Assembly: GCF_009914755.1 (NCBI RefSeq)
Contig: NC_060929.1
Length of the DNA: 64,000 bases
From: the human T2T-CHM13v2.0 reference genome, Homo sapiens
Strand: one strand, 5' to 3'
Shown here: positions 28,997 to 42,739 of the stretch, piece by piece
Layout of the letters: the number at the start of each line of letters is the position of its first letter
How positions within the stretch are numbered: the stretch's first letter is position 1
The notes under the pieces: generated by a model
Seen by the model: only the letters and a program-made list of their open reading frames with translations
Told to the model about the DNA's origin: nothing
Databases searched by the model: none
Translations under genes and position numbers: made by a program

Positions 28997-29348
28997 TGTA
29001 TTAGTCTGTTCTCAGGCTGCTAATAAAGATATACCCAAGACTGGGTAGTTTATAAAGGAAAGAGGTTTAATTGACTCACAGTTCCACATGGCTGGAGAGG
29101 CCTCACAATCAAGGTGGAAGGTAAATGAGGAGCAAAGTCATGTCTTAAATAGTGGCAGGCAAGAGAGCTTGTGCAGGGCAACTCTGGTTTATAAAATCAT
29201 CAGCTCTCGTAATTCTTATTCACTATCATGAGAACACTAAAGGAACTGCCCCCATGAGTCAACTATTCCACCTGGCCCTACCCTTGACACGTGGGGATTA
29301 TTACAATTCAAGGTGAGATTTGGGTGGGGACACAGCCAAACCCTATCA
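28997..29348 (-). mobile_element. THE1 (B/C-like) solo LTR
   Basis: tgtattagtctgttctca...ggggacacagccaaaccctatca; perfect TSD cttat. Confidence 0.95.
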
Positions 29349-29627
29349 CTTATCATTATTACAGGCATCATCTTTCAAAAGTTTCCACTAATTGGATGAT
29401 GAATGATTTATTGTTAATGATTAGCCTTCTTTCATAATTGGCCAGCTCAAAGTTCTATTTATTAGGCATAGTATTTAATGTTTTTTAGCTGTTGTACTTT
29501 CTAGCAAACACTGCTATTGGTAGCTCAGTGTAGGTTCTATTTTTAAGAAATAAAGTCAGCACAGTGGACTAGAATGAATGCTGGTTTGAAGTGAGTAGTT
29601 TCATAGTTCTGGTCTCAGGTTGGAGTG

Positions 29628-29686
29628 CAACTTGTTACCACTCTGAGAAAGTCATTCAACTTGTTACCACTCTGAGCAAGTCATTC
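29628..29686. repeat. 29-bp tandem duplication inside a MIR-like relic
   Basis: caacttgttaccactctgag(a/c)aagtcatt x2. Confidence 0.9.
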
Positions 29687-29856
29687 TCCTCTCTGAACCT
29701 CAGGACAGATTAAATAAGGCAATGCCCATAAATCAACACTCTTTCCTACCCTTCATTTTTCAACTAGCTCAAAAAAATACAGTGAACTGTTTTTCACCTA
29801 TAATTCTCAAGAGTTGGGGTTTTCTAGTTTATCTATTTCCTGATTAATTAAAATTA

Positions 29857-30195
<339 letters not shown>

Positions 30196-30257
30196 TCATT
30201 GCCAGAAGCATTTTAGGAAGACTAATCCATATCACTTAAAGAACATTATCTATTTAG

Positions 30258-30438
30258 GGGGTATCATAGAGTTTATTTAATCAAAACCCTGTACTTTTAT
30301 GAGGTTGGATATTTATATGTTGGATATTTATAAGGGGTATCATAGAGTTTATTTAATCAAAACCCTGTACTTTTATGAGGTTGGATATTTATATGTTGGT
30401 TTCAACATATAAATATTGAAACCCTATATTGTTTCAAT
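30258..30438. repeat. Perfect 66-bp direct duplication followed by chained inverted repeats
   Basis: 30258-30323 is identical to 30334-30399; atatttatatgttg / caacatataaatat are inverted. Confidence 0.92.
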
Positions 30439-31689
30439 ACTGAAGATATTCAGGTAACTTATGGCAATGTACGGAATTTAGGGTCAATCTTCACATATAT
30501 TTGCTAAGTATTACTATTTCCCAACTGAGTTCCCAAATTAGGGAAGAAGAGAGAGGTTTTCTACAATAGACATTGTGCCTGATAGGGTAAGATTTGAGTT
30601 GTGCTTAGTTAGTAGTCATGCATGAGATATATAATTTATAAGATCACAAGTGTTCACATATGCTTCTTACTGTAGGGCTGACTATCTGATGTCAGGCCCA
30701 GCAATCTCCGTTCAAGAACACAAATTTAGAGAAAAAAGCCAGAATATTTCCAGAAATATTTATTGTAATAGAAATTTTGAATGCTGTAATATTTTAATTC
30801 CTGAGACTTAAGTATTGCCTGATGTGGCAGAATGAAAATACTTCCCACTTTAATGTCAAAATGTCTCTTAATAAAACTAACTATACAGCAGAAGCATATG
30901 ATTATCACAAAATTTTCTGTGCCCTGTTCTAGTCTTGTTATAACTCTGCTCTTGCAGTGTTATAAATCAAGACTATAAATAAAGATGTAACTTTTTATTT
31001 TCTCAGTTTTAGACCAAGATATTCAAGTACTTTTTCCTATAGACAGAAATGAAGAAAGCACTTACTAATAAATAGCACTGAGATTTTTATTTTCCTCAAC
31101 CAAAATGGTGATGATATAAATTTAGAATTGAAATCCTCAAAGGTTGGAAATGTTACACTGAGTGGGATCTTCCCAAAACTCTCCTACTTTTGTAATCTTT
31201 AAGGTATACTTTCTGACAATGAAAGCAATCAAGCTGTGACAGACCTCCAGGTTTAGCTATTTAAAATAATATTATTGGAAAGTAACATTCTCACTAAAGG
31301 TGGTCAGAATTCTAGATTGATTAAGTTGGGTGGTTTAAGTGTCTGAGTTACAAGTGTCTTATTGAGTGCAATATATCGATATACTTATTTTTCAAAATGT
31401 TATAATGGGTTTAAGTATCAATACCTTGCAGACAAAAGAAATTTGAGATGTGTGCTTTATAAGAAAATTCACAGCATGGAAATTTAATATATAGTTCAGG
31501 AAATTTAGTTCTGAACACTACCTTAGAACTTCCTTTACAGAACGTTAGATTTAAGATGGTAAGTGTCTTAGTAAATATAAGTTGATGATTAAGAGCTTGG
31601 GCTTTGGAGTGATAAAAGCCCAGAATCAGATATTGGTCCTCCCACGTAACAGGTGTGTGAGCTTGAACCATTTACTTTCACAAGTTTTT

Positions 31690-32452
31690 TTTTTCCTTAA
31701 AAGAAACAATTTATTTAGAATAAAACAAAAGCAGCTCAACTGTGAGCACACGTTTGAGAGACAGCTACTCTTAAGCTGTATGAGCCATAAAAAGGGTTTT
31801 TATTTACTTTTCCAGAAATCTTGTGTACACAGCACGAAGCAAAGAGGTCATTTTTTTTTCCCACTTAAAACACCAGCATTGGAATCACAATAGCAGATAC
31901 ACAACTTTAAGCTGCCATTTTAGTAAAATGCACAAATACTAAACATACTAGCTTTCTTCCATCAGAGCCCCATATAAACTCCACATAAGCCACAACTTCT
32001 CTTCAAAAAGGTCCATTAGAGCTTTGAATTCCATATCTTCATCCGCTGTTCAACCAGTTTTGCTTGTGGCGTGGGGGAGAGAAAGGTTATTCAGTACAAA
32101 TGTTTACAATATTAAAAATATATGTATTTCCCCTATGTCATTATAGATGAACATAACATTAACAAGACCTTCCTGGATAGTTCACCTCAACTTCAAAAAG
32201 CAGCAATAGTACCCACTGGCATAAATCTTGAAATGAATTTACTGTATGAATAGACATATAACAAGACTGCAATTGCAGATAATAAGACTGAAAATACCCT
32301 TTATACTCGTGTAACTGAGTAAGCATGCCAAAAAATTCAGAAAAAAAGTTTCACAATCAATTTATAATTTATCAATATATTCTAAATATAACTTAAAAAG
32401 TGAAACTACAAAAAGGTGAAGTTTAGTCAAACTTTTGGCCCATCCATCTACT
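31690..32452 (-). pseudogene. 5'-truncated retrocopy, probably an mRNA 3'UTR only (parent gene not identified)
   Basis: T tract at 31685-31694, minus-strand AATAAA at 31710-31715, aagttttt TSD (31682-31689 / 32453-32460), splits a MIR. Confidence 0.7.
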
Positions 32453-35400
32453 AAGTTTTTATCTTCCCATAAGAAAAAGAGTGATAAAGGTGGCAGCTAC
32501 CTCCCATGATTGTCACTAGGATTTAATGAGATCACGAGATAATCACAGTCTTTACTAAGACCCAAGATATAACAGATGCTGTAAATCAAAGAAAGAAACT
32601 GGATTAAAATGTTTTGAGAATCAGTTTCATAACCCTTGGGCTCTTCATCCAAGGATCTTTAAACAAGATGTAGGATACAAAATTTTTGCGGGTGAAATGG
32701 AGGAGGGATTTGTTTAAGTGATTTGGGGCAAGAGGGTTTGAAGGACGGTAGGTCACACCTGCTCCTTAAGCCTCACCAAGGGGAAGGGGCTCTGCTCACA
32801 GCAGCCTGGTGAGGGGCTTGAATGAGCCTGCTGGGGAAAGCTTAATACGGGTCTCCCAGAACTTTAGAGGCAACAGACTTGAGTCAGACTCTCACCAAGA
32901 AAGATGGAGGGCAGCAGAGAAATGCACGAGCGGCTTTCCTGGGAGGGTGGAGGCGAGGTGCTGCGGCATCTGCAGGGTAACTGCATTCTCTCTCATTTCT
33001 CTAGCGGGTCAAAGAATATGTGAGATTCCCCACACATTTATGCCACAGGAGGAGAAAAGCCTGCCTAGGGGTGTTTTAACTTATGCCCAGAAGTACCACC
33101 TGGAAGAGGCAACGAGACTTTATTCATAAGAATCTAAGTGGAGCATTCTCCCAGACAACCAGCGGCGGAGCAAGGAGGGGCTGGCCAAACAGTGACGTTG
33201 ACTGGTGCATGAGACGAACAGAGGCTCACAGAAGAGCCTCTGAAGAGCCCACAAAAAATGTCCATAAGGTAAAAGAGTCAGCTTTGAACTTATTTTTCAG
33301 TAGGCAACAGAAGCTTCACAGAAGAGAGCTTGAAGCTCTCTTGAAGCAGCATCATGGTTCAAGCAATACCTTCTCGGTCACACTGTGCCCCTTCCCTTTC
33401 CAGTGCTCCAACTTCAGTGAGGGAGATAGAGGGTGAGAAAAAAGACAAGAAGACATCCTTTCCCGCTTAAATCAAGTTCTGAGCTCTGATCATCCTCTGG
33501 GACTAGACAGCCTAATTTCTGAAGTTAGACTGTCTGTGATTTAAAGAGATTGCAGGACTTTCTAGACTGATCAGAGAAGTCACAGCCCCTGCCCATTTTC
33601 CACCTAGGGTCATAGAAAGACTATGTCTAGTATGCACATTTTAAAGACAGCAATGGAAAATGAAAATAAAGGGTTTTGGTTCATGTTCCATGAGCTGAAT
33701 TTATTCAAAGTACAACTGATTATTGGTATAAACAGCTCTTTCTCCTTTTTAAATCAACTGGAACCTCACTTGCTGGACACAAGACCCTTATTTGTACAAG
33801 CAAATGGTTTCTTTTTTTGAGTCACACTTCTAACCTGCCATCCTGGCTTTAGCCAGATGCCACCAGGAGTGCTTGTTAGACATACCCAGCCCAGTTTTAT
33901 ATAAAGCCAAACAATATGAAAAGTGGGAATGTAGGCAGCAATAAGATGTAATGTCTAATTATAGAATCAGAATGCAAGACATACACTAATCACAGATATA
34001 AAGAAGAAATTGGGGACTGATTGCCATTACATACCTAACAAAAATCTATTGATTATCAGCACACTGTGAAGCCAGACTGCACATTGCTGGAGGTTAGGGA
34101 GCTGTGACAAAAGGACTGGTTATAGCCTTGTTTCTAAAGGACAACCTGATTTCATGCAATTTCTTTTAACAGTTGATTGAGAGCCTTGCCCAGGCTGGAA
34201 CCTGGTAGTTGTGCTGATGAACCTACCCTACAACCCAAGGGCCTTCCCCATTGCTACTCAGCACACTTGAATTTCCATAAACTTTTGGACAACTTAGAAG
34301 CAGTGTGGAGGGGTCTTAGCAAGCCCGTCATCTTTGTCTTGAATGCTCTTCTCTCATCTTCCTGGAATCCCCTGGCATAATGAAAACTAAACTTGAAGCT
34401 CCAGTGTCAGGCTCTGTCTTCATAACCAGAGCTTAGCATAGTGATTGGCACTTAGTATGTGCTTGATAAATGATAGCGTGGGTGGGGGAAAGGGTCTTAT
34501 TTTCATTACTGCAATCCATCTTGAAGGGCAAACCTCACACAAAGGGTTGGTGAAGAGGAATATTGTCTCCAAAATGAGCTGTGGCTTTCTTTTACATGGG
34601 GAGGCATTTTTAATATGATCATAGATCGCTACAGCTGGAAGGTCCAATAAGATAATATATTTCAGCCCTTCACAGTATCCTAGACCACTATCGCCTCATA
34701 TCATATTGGCCCAGCTTCTTGGGATGAAGCCGATCAGTACAGAGATCATCCCTGTCCCTTCAGGTCTGGAAGTGTATTACAGACATATCCTGCTGCAAAA
34801 CCCTGATCAACTAAAATATAAGCTCGCTAAGGTAAATTAGGTGTTAGGATACCACTTGATTAAAAAAATGTTTTACCTTTTACCTAAATACTAAAATAAT
34901 TTCAGTATTTCTTCAAATATAAATTAATAGTTGCACAGAGTACATTTAAAATAACTCCAATGATAACTGCATTGCAAAAGAAAATCAGATATATACTTTT
35001 CAAAAAAAGAAATTTTCCAACTTCAGAATGTGATATATCAAAATGCTCTTTCTTTGAGAGAGTACAATCGTGTGGTATTTATTTATATGTCTATTCCTTT
35101 GAGTTGCATTACCTTTATATACATATAAAATGAATATATATAACTTGTTTAATATATAAGAAGGTAAAAGGTATAAGTATATACTTTTTCCTAGAAGCAA
35201 GAAATTTTGCTTACTTTTAAAATTCACCAGAATATTAAGAAATCTTTGTTTTACTCTGATTTATCCATTGAGCTTGGTAGTAAATTTGTTACTCAATGAA
35301 AGAAACTAATTATACAGAAAACTGGTAAAGATGGGTAATATTCATTCTAGGTTTTAACTAAGGGAAAAATTTTCCTTCAGCAAAGCACAAGAAAGTGTTT

Positions 35401-37635
35401 TCTTTCTAGCTCTAGGGAAAGCCTGTAAACTATAATTAAGTATTGAATTAATGCTACTAGTTTAGAATCAACGGTCAGTATAATCAATACTTGAGCCTTC
35501 ATAAAGTATGGGGACAAGCATCAGCAAAACTGCTGGAAAAAAACAGAACTCAAGAATAACTCCATTTGCTGCTCTATGTCCCAACCTTAACAATAAAGGG
35601 GACAATAGTATTAATGCTGGACAAATAGAAGGTCCAGCTTAAGATTTTATTTAAACACACACACATGAACTCTATATTAAACGACAAAAGCTTTGCCACT
35701 ATAAAACCACTCTGCTAACTAGTGTAATATTATTTATATACTTTATATATAATAGCGTACTATTATTTGCTACTTTGATATTGCTTTATCTGTGACCTTC
35801 TTTCTTTGTTCCGCATTAGCCCTGTGGATCATTATATATATATATATATTTTTTTTACTATTGTATTGTATCTTTCAGTGGATTTTTTGTGGGACTTTGG
35901 CTGGGTTGCAATATGCTCCTTAAGATAACGAGAGACATCCTGAGCTGTCACAAAATCCCTGATGCTTGTTTATTCAATGCAACTAAAGTGCAAGACAGTC
36001 CCCTCTCAATGCTTGCCTTCCAGGATTACGCTAACATTCTGCTCTGTTTATAAGTCAACTCGTTGGGCTCTTCTGTGGCAAGGAGCAAGTTGTTCTCATT
36101 CCTACCTTCCTACATAATCATTCAAGAAATATTTGTTAAGCATTTACTATGTGCCAGGTCTATGGGAAACAACTAACGAAGTCTAGCTCCCATGAAGTTT
36201 GCAATTTTGTGAGGGAAGACAGGCAATAATGACAAAAAATAAATTAAATAAATTTGAAGGCTAGCAGGTGACAAGTGCTAAAAAGAAAAAGTCCAGCAAG
36301 ATAAGGGAATAGAGAGATGGGGGTTAGTTTATGTGGTATGATGAAGAAAGTAGATTGTTAGTGCTCAATAAATGCTTATTATGTATGTGAATGAACAGCT
36401 GTTCATAATCCTACGTTTGTTATGTCAGCTGGTCCTTCAAGAAATGATGCTAGTCCTTCCTCCAGGCATTTCTTTTTTAACTTACTGAGTTGTTAATGAT
36501 CCCTACACTATTTCGGTGTTAGAATTGAAGAAATTACTGAAATGTAAGTACTAATGACTTAAAAAAAAAGTCTAGCACAATTCTTGGCACATAGTAGATA
36601 TTTTACAAGCCTCCTTGATTTACAGCATTGGAAACCTGAAATAGAACTGAGTTTTGACTCACCTTAGAATTCCATACATTTTCCTAATCTGCAATGTTAG
36701 GCTTTTTCCCTGTGAGAAACTTTCCAAATAGTACCTGTAATCATAATCAACTTTACTGAGTACTTATTATGAGAAATAAATGAGTTTGTTCCATGTTAGT
36801 TCTTTAAGTCATCATCTTATGAATCCTTACACTGACACTGAGAGAAGTACTCATGTGGATCCTTTTTTCTTTTTTTGGATTGCAGGAGGTGCGACAGGCT
36901 TCAAGCCAAGGCTGTCTGACCTGAGACAAACCAATGATCACTCTCACACGCATTATCTAAATAAAACTTATCCACTTAATTTGAAGTGACTTTTTTGTAG
37001 AAGGCTGGTTAACCTGCTAAAGATACAAAAATTGCTGATGGTACTTGAATAGTAGTATTTGAGTGGGTGTTTGTGGAGGAGAAATCTTTTAATTAGAATC
37101 TGTGCATCCCTCACAATAAAATGCAGGCATTAGACTTTGATCTCAAAGGAAACTTATAGCCCTGTTATTTTTAAAATATCTACTGTTCACTAATGGGATT
37201 AGGTTGAGGTTTGACACACAGAAACCTGGATTAGTAATTTATCCTTATTGTCTCTCCATTATTCAGAAAATAATTCACAGATAGGCTGCTTGATTGGACA
37301 GTTCAATGCTACTTTGAGTTTTTATTTGTGAATGCTCCACAGTAGTGAATATCCTAATGAGTATAAGGATTCTGCCAAGGAGATTTGTCTTCCTCCTCTT
37401 GTTTTTGGTCTAGGGTATTATGTTTTGAGTTGGCTCTGGTTTCCTTGTGAATTCTCCAGAGCTACCAGAAGGCCCTTGAAGCCCTTAACCTCTTAATGAT
37501 GTTCTTCTCCAAAAGGCTCAGCCCTGAAAAACAGAATTGAAATATGCTCCTCTGTGGAGGCTGGCATTTTTCCAAGGCTAATCAGAAGGCTGAATCCAGT
37601 AACCCTCCCCTGCAGCACTCAGCTAGCTAGCCAGC

Positions 37636-37780
37636 TTTCTTTCCCCTCCCTCCCTCCCTCCTTCTCCCTCCCTTCCTTCCTTCCTAACTTCTTTCCTTCC
37701 TTCCTTCCTTCCTTCCTTCCTTCCTTCCTTCCTTCCTTCCTTCCTTCCTTCCTCTCTCTTTCTATTTTTCTCTCTCTCTC
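37636..37780. repeat. (TTCC)n / CT-rich microsatellite
   Basis: Direct reading. Confidence 0.97.
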
Positions 37781-38470
37781 ATTAAAGCAAGTTGCTTCAT
37801 TTGTTTCTTAGGGCAAAAAATATCAAATAAATGAACGAACACAGCAAATTGGCCTGTTTCCAAAGGGCAGCTAGAGATATTGAGGAGAGGACCCAGGATG
37901 GCTCTTGAATTATTTTTCCAGCTGTGCTTACCAAAAGAAAACAAGTCTTCTCTGGCCAGCTGTGTCATATTTAATGATGACAGGGGGCACTATGTCTATA
38001 AGAAGCCACCAGCTTCCACATGACCCTTTATGTGACACCATTAAGATCACACCCAGACTCTTAAAAGTTCACTGAACTTCTTTGAGGTTAATAAATAAAT
38101 TGCCAAAGATTCTCCAAGGCCAAGTAAGGCTTAGGCCACTTCTATTTTGGAGCCTCCAGTTGCATTAAAGATGAATAAAAATCCAAAAGAATTCTCTGAA
38201 AGTTGTTACATATTTTAAACCTATTAAACCCATTAATACTGTTTTAAAGCAAAGATACAGAGCAATATCAGTGTGCTCCTTACAAAAATAATTACAGCAT
38301 TTATTATATAAAATTAATCATAGTTTACTATAAGCTGTTTAATGGTAAAAAAATTAAAGATTGGTACAAAAATATAAACATTTAAAATGGGTGATGGATG
38401 TCTTTCAGTCCTGTTACAGTATCTCTGTGAGTGTACCCAGATCCTTGTGTGGATATAGTTTAAAAGTTAG

Positions 38471-38785
<315 letters not shown>

Positions 38786-41700
38786 TCAGCACCTATTGTA
38801 GATTCTGTAAGATGCCATTGAGTACTTCTTGAACACTAGAACCTAAGGGAAAACATCAACAAACCGACCTTGGCGGATGCAACTTAGATCTACACTAAGA
38901 AACACTTTACCAATGATCTGAGAACAGCATGTCAGCAAAATATTAACCAGTGCAAGAAAATCTTATTTTAAGACTAAGCTGTCTTCAAATAATTTGGAGA
39001 ACTCAAGATCTATTATTTTAGGTTTCCAAACCTTTGAGTTTTGTTGGATTCTGCTTGATTAACCACTCCTTGCTTTATTAACAGAGAATGCCAACAGTAA
39101 CAAAATCTTGACTTGCTATCTCTGTATCATCACTGTAAGAACTAGTGATTGTCTTTGGTTTCACTTACCTAGGATTGTCTTAGGATTCATCCAGGAGGAC
39201 AAAGATACCCATCCTGCCCTAATCACTCCAGACCACCATGGAGGTTTTGGTTCTGATATTTGATTTTTATGGCCTTTTGTACTCTCCTCTTTTGTTGTCA
39301 GCAATTATATTTATCACATCTGCCACTGAGCCTGCAAAGAATAGACTCTCATCTGCTCCGTACTTTCTTATTTCTTGGGAGATTAAAGATTAAAGAACTA
39401 ACTTTGTTGACTGTGTCTTAGAAAAAGACACAGACATCATTAGGACAATGTTATTATGAATACATGATACATGGCATTAACTTCAATGTTTGGACTTTAG
39501 TTAATTTATTTTTGTACTTTTACTTTGTCAGAGACTCTCTGAGTCTCAGATTCTTCATCCATAAAATTATACACAGAATTTTGGTGAAGATAAGTGTATT
39601 TATATAATGTAATAGAATAGATGTCATGGTTTAATAGGAGTACAATATTATATATAATTACACTTAACTGATATACACAAGTATTTACAATTATTATTGT
39701 TTCTGATTATTAGTGGTGTTGAAGATAGAAGTTTCCAGACAACTGAATTCTGGGAAGATGAGATCAAAGTTTGTAATTTTGAGAGAATAGGATCCAAGTT
39801 GGAAAAATCCAAAAGTAAATATGCAGTTAGAAAGAACTGGACTTTTGCATGCATCAGACTCAGCCAGAGGAAATAGGTATATTTAAGATTCTTTTGAGCA
39901 TCCCTGCTATCCTGGCATAGCAGGGCTTTACCATACTTCCAGAAATGCTTAAAGGCCTTTCATTCAGACATGCCAAGTAGAGGTATTCCCTCATCAAATT
40001 CTCTCCCAGAAAAAGCTCGATGACCTGGGTTGTACTCATGGACGAAAGACAGGAATAGAGTTAACACAAAGATAGAACTTCAGAACAATTTTCTGTGGCC
40101 AATTGCCCTTCTGGGACTTTAGGTTCCCTTATGCATTATAAACTAGAGTTTATATATAAACAAATGAATATATGTAAATATAATATACAAAACATAAATA
40201 GCAAATATGTAAAATAAAATATATAATTTATAAAATTTTCTATTTATATATCATTTATCATGGAGTCTGAAACATGGAAAGTACTCCAGAAACATAGCTT
40301 GTTCCATTACTGTAGAATTAAATACTCACCAAAACATCAATCAATTATACAGCTTTGTGTTTTCCTCTATTTTTATACAGTATCCTCATTCATTCATTAG
40401 TATTAAAATATACACTTTCATTTTTCTAAAAATGGTTATTACTCAGAAATTCTCATATATGTAACATTGGAAACATTACTACTATTCACATATTTAACTT
40501 TATAATTGGTGACCTAGTAGTCCACTGGTTTCCTTTAACACAGTTTGTTTAATGATTCCTATAACTTTGAACATTGTTAAGCTATTTATTCTGCTAATTA
40601 AAAAACGAAGTCACCAAATAAGCCAGTGCCCATAAGTTAGTGCTTTAAGGCAGGAGAGTGAATTTTTCTCCTAAATTCTGGGACCAACCCTCCATGCAGA
40701 GAAAGCTGTTTGTATGTCCAATGCTTACTGATGATCAGGTAAGCTCGAATGTCTTTCACCCACTCTCCCACATACCATAGTGCTTTATTATTATTATTAT
40801 TTTTAACCCAATGAGTCATGAGGAGCTTTTTTGAAAAACCAAGATTCCTTTAAACTTTGGCAGTGCCACGGTGCAACCAGAGAAGGCTGACCAGTACTAA
40901 GCCATTCCACTGAGCTTGGCCAGGCAATCAACCCACAGAAATGATCTGCTCTTCATTTCTCAGTGGGGGATAAAGGTGGAAATCATCACACATATAAACA
41001 TCCCTACAAGAAAAATGCTTAAAACGTCACTTCTACCTAGCCAGCAAGAGTGTCTGTTCTGAGGGTAAATTAAACCAGTTAAAGATTAAAAATTACAACA
41101 CGGGCACAGCTGGGCCTGAAAACATGAGGATTCAAGCAATAACAATTGGTAACTGTCAAAGATATAGCTAAATAGAAAGAAGCTGACTCTGATCTGATGC
41201 AGTCTCAGGGCCACTTGGTCTACCTCAGGACCCCATTATAAGTCACATAAACAAATTCCATAGCTGGCTACTAGTCTTCTCCTTCCCAGGCTCTTGTGTC
41301 CCGCAGACCATCTTCCAGGTGCCATCAAAACTACTACCTGAGAGACTGTCCACTCAGAATCAGTAAGAATGTAAGGAATCACCAGATTCCATACATTTTA
41401 TTTAAACTGCCCCAGCATTTCACCTCAGCCTACCTTTTTTAGGCTTATTGTTCCAGACTACTTCCCTCATGCTATGCTCTAGCCAAATTGAACTCCCACT
41501 GTTCTCTCCTATATGCCCTGTGTTTTCCTGCCTTTGTATCTTTGCATAAGCTATCTACTTTGTCTAGAATGTGTAAACACAAAAATCCTCTCAAAACTTT
41601 GGTTGCTTAACTATTGACTTGCTGGCATATATTCTTCAAGGTGCATCTCATCTGCTGCCTGTTCTGAGGGGCCATTTTTCCATACTTTATTATTGATAAC

Positions 41701-41799
41701 AATAATTGGGAACATTGACTGAATGACTGAATGCTGAGACTATTCCGAGCACTCTGCTAAAGGTTTCATAGACTTATCTCACAAAATGATAAAAGTATA

Positions 41800-42040
41800 A
41801 CATAATGTTGTAGAGTACAGAATGCCAGGGTTCAAATCCTGGCTCTACTTCTTGTTGGCTGTATGAGCTTGGATGTTTATTGACATTCTGTGTCTTCACG
41901 TGTGAAATGTGGATAATGATAATACAGCTAATACCAAATAGAGTTACTATGAGGAATATGTGAAATAATATATATATATAAATCCCACAGAACAGTTTCT
42001 GGCCAATTCTAATTATAAATACCTGATGCTGTTATTATAG
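41800..42040 (+). mobile_element. MIR
   Basis: gggttcaaatcctggctctactt...ctgtatgagcttgg...tgtgaaatgtggataatgataata. Confidence 0.8.
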
Positions 42041-42081
42041 TACCTCACAATATGCTACAAGGTAGATGTCATCATTATTCC

Positions 42082-42739
42082 TGATACAGGAGGTAGAAGG
42101 AAATTATTTAGGTAGATAGCGAGGGTAAAAGAATCCTCGGCAGAATTTCCCTTTTAACAAAAAGCAGCCCCAAATCATTTCTTTTCTAACAAAGAGCAGC
42201 TTGAAAAATTGAGCTGCAGACATAGATAAGCAAGCTGGAAGTTTGCACAGATGAATACTGGCAGCTGTGCCAATAGAAAAGGGCTACCCGAGGGCCAGGT
42301 ATGTTCAACATGGAGATGCTGTCTTTCCTTTTCTTTGTCACCACATGTACAATAAAGAAACAGGCAACCTGGCACTGGCCAGGTAGAGAACCCATCTGCA
42401 AAATAAAAGCTTAGGGTGGGGGTGGCCATGCAAATGGCACACCTAGCCCTAACCAGTTTTTCATACCTTATGCAAATAGCACACTTGGTCTGACCAATCT
42501 TTTGTGCCCTATCTAAATCAGACACCACCTCCCCAAGCTCATCCATAAAACCCCTTGCATTTCACTGTGAACCAGAAGACCTGCTTGGGACTCCTCTCTC
42601 TGGAAGACAGAGGTTTTCTCTTTCTTTTGCCTATTAAACCTCCACTCTTAACCTCACTCTTCGTGTGTCTGCATTGTTGGTTTCCTTGGCATGAGACAAC
42701 GAACCTCGGTTATTACCTCAGATGAATGATGCCGCTTCA
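42082..42739 (+). mobile_element. MER50 solo LTR (ERV1)
   Basis: TGATACAGGAGGTAGAAGGAAATTATTTAGG...GCCGCTTCA; 4-bp TSD ttcc; inserted in an antisense MIR. Confidence 0.9.
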
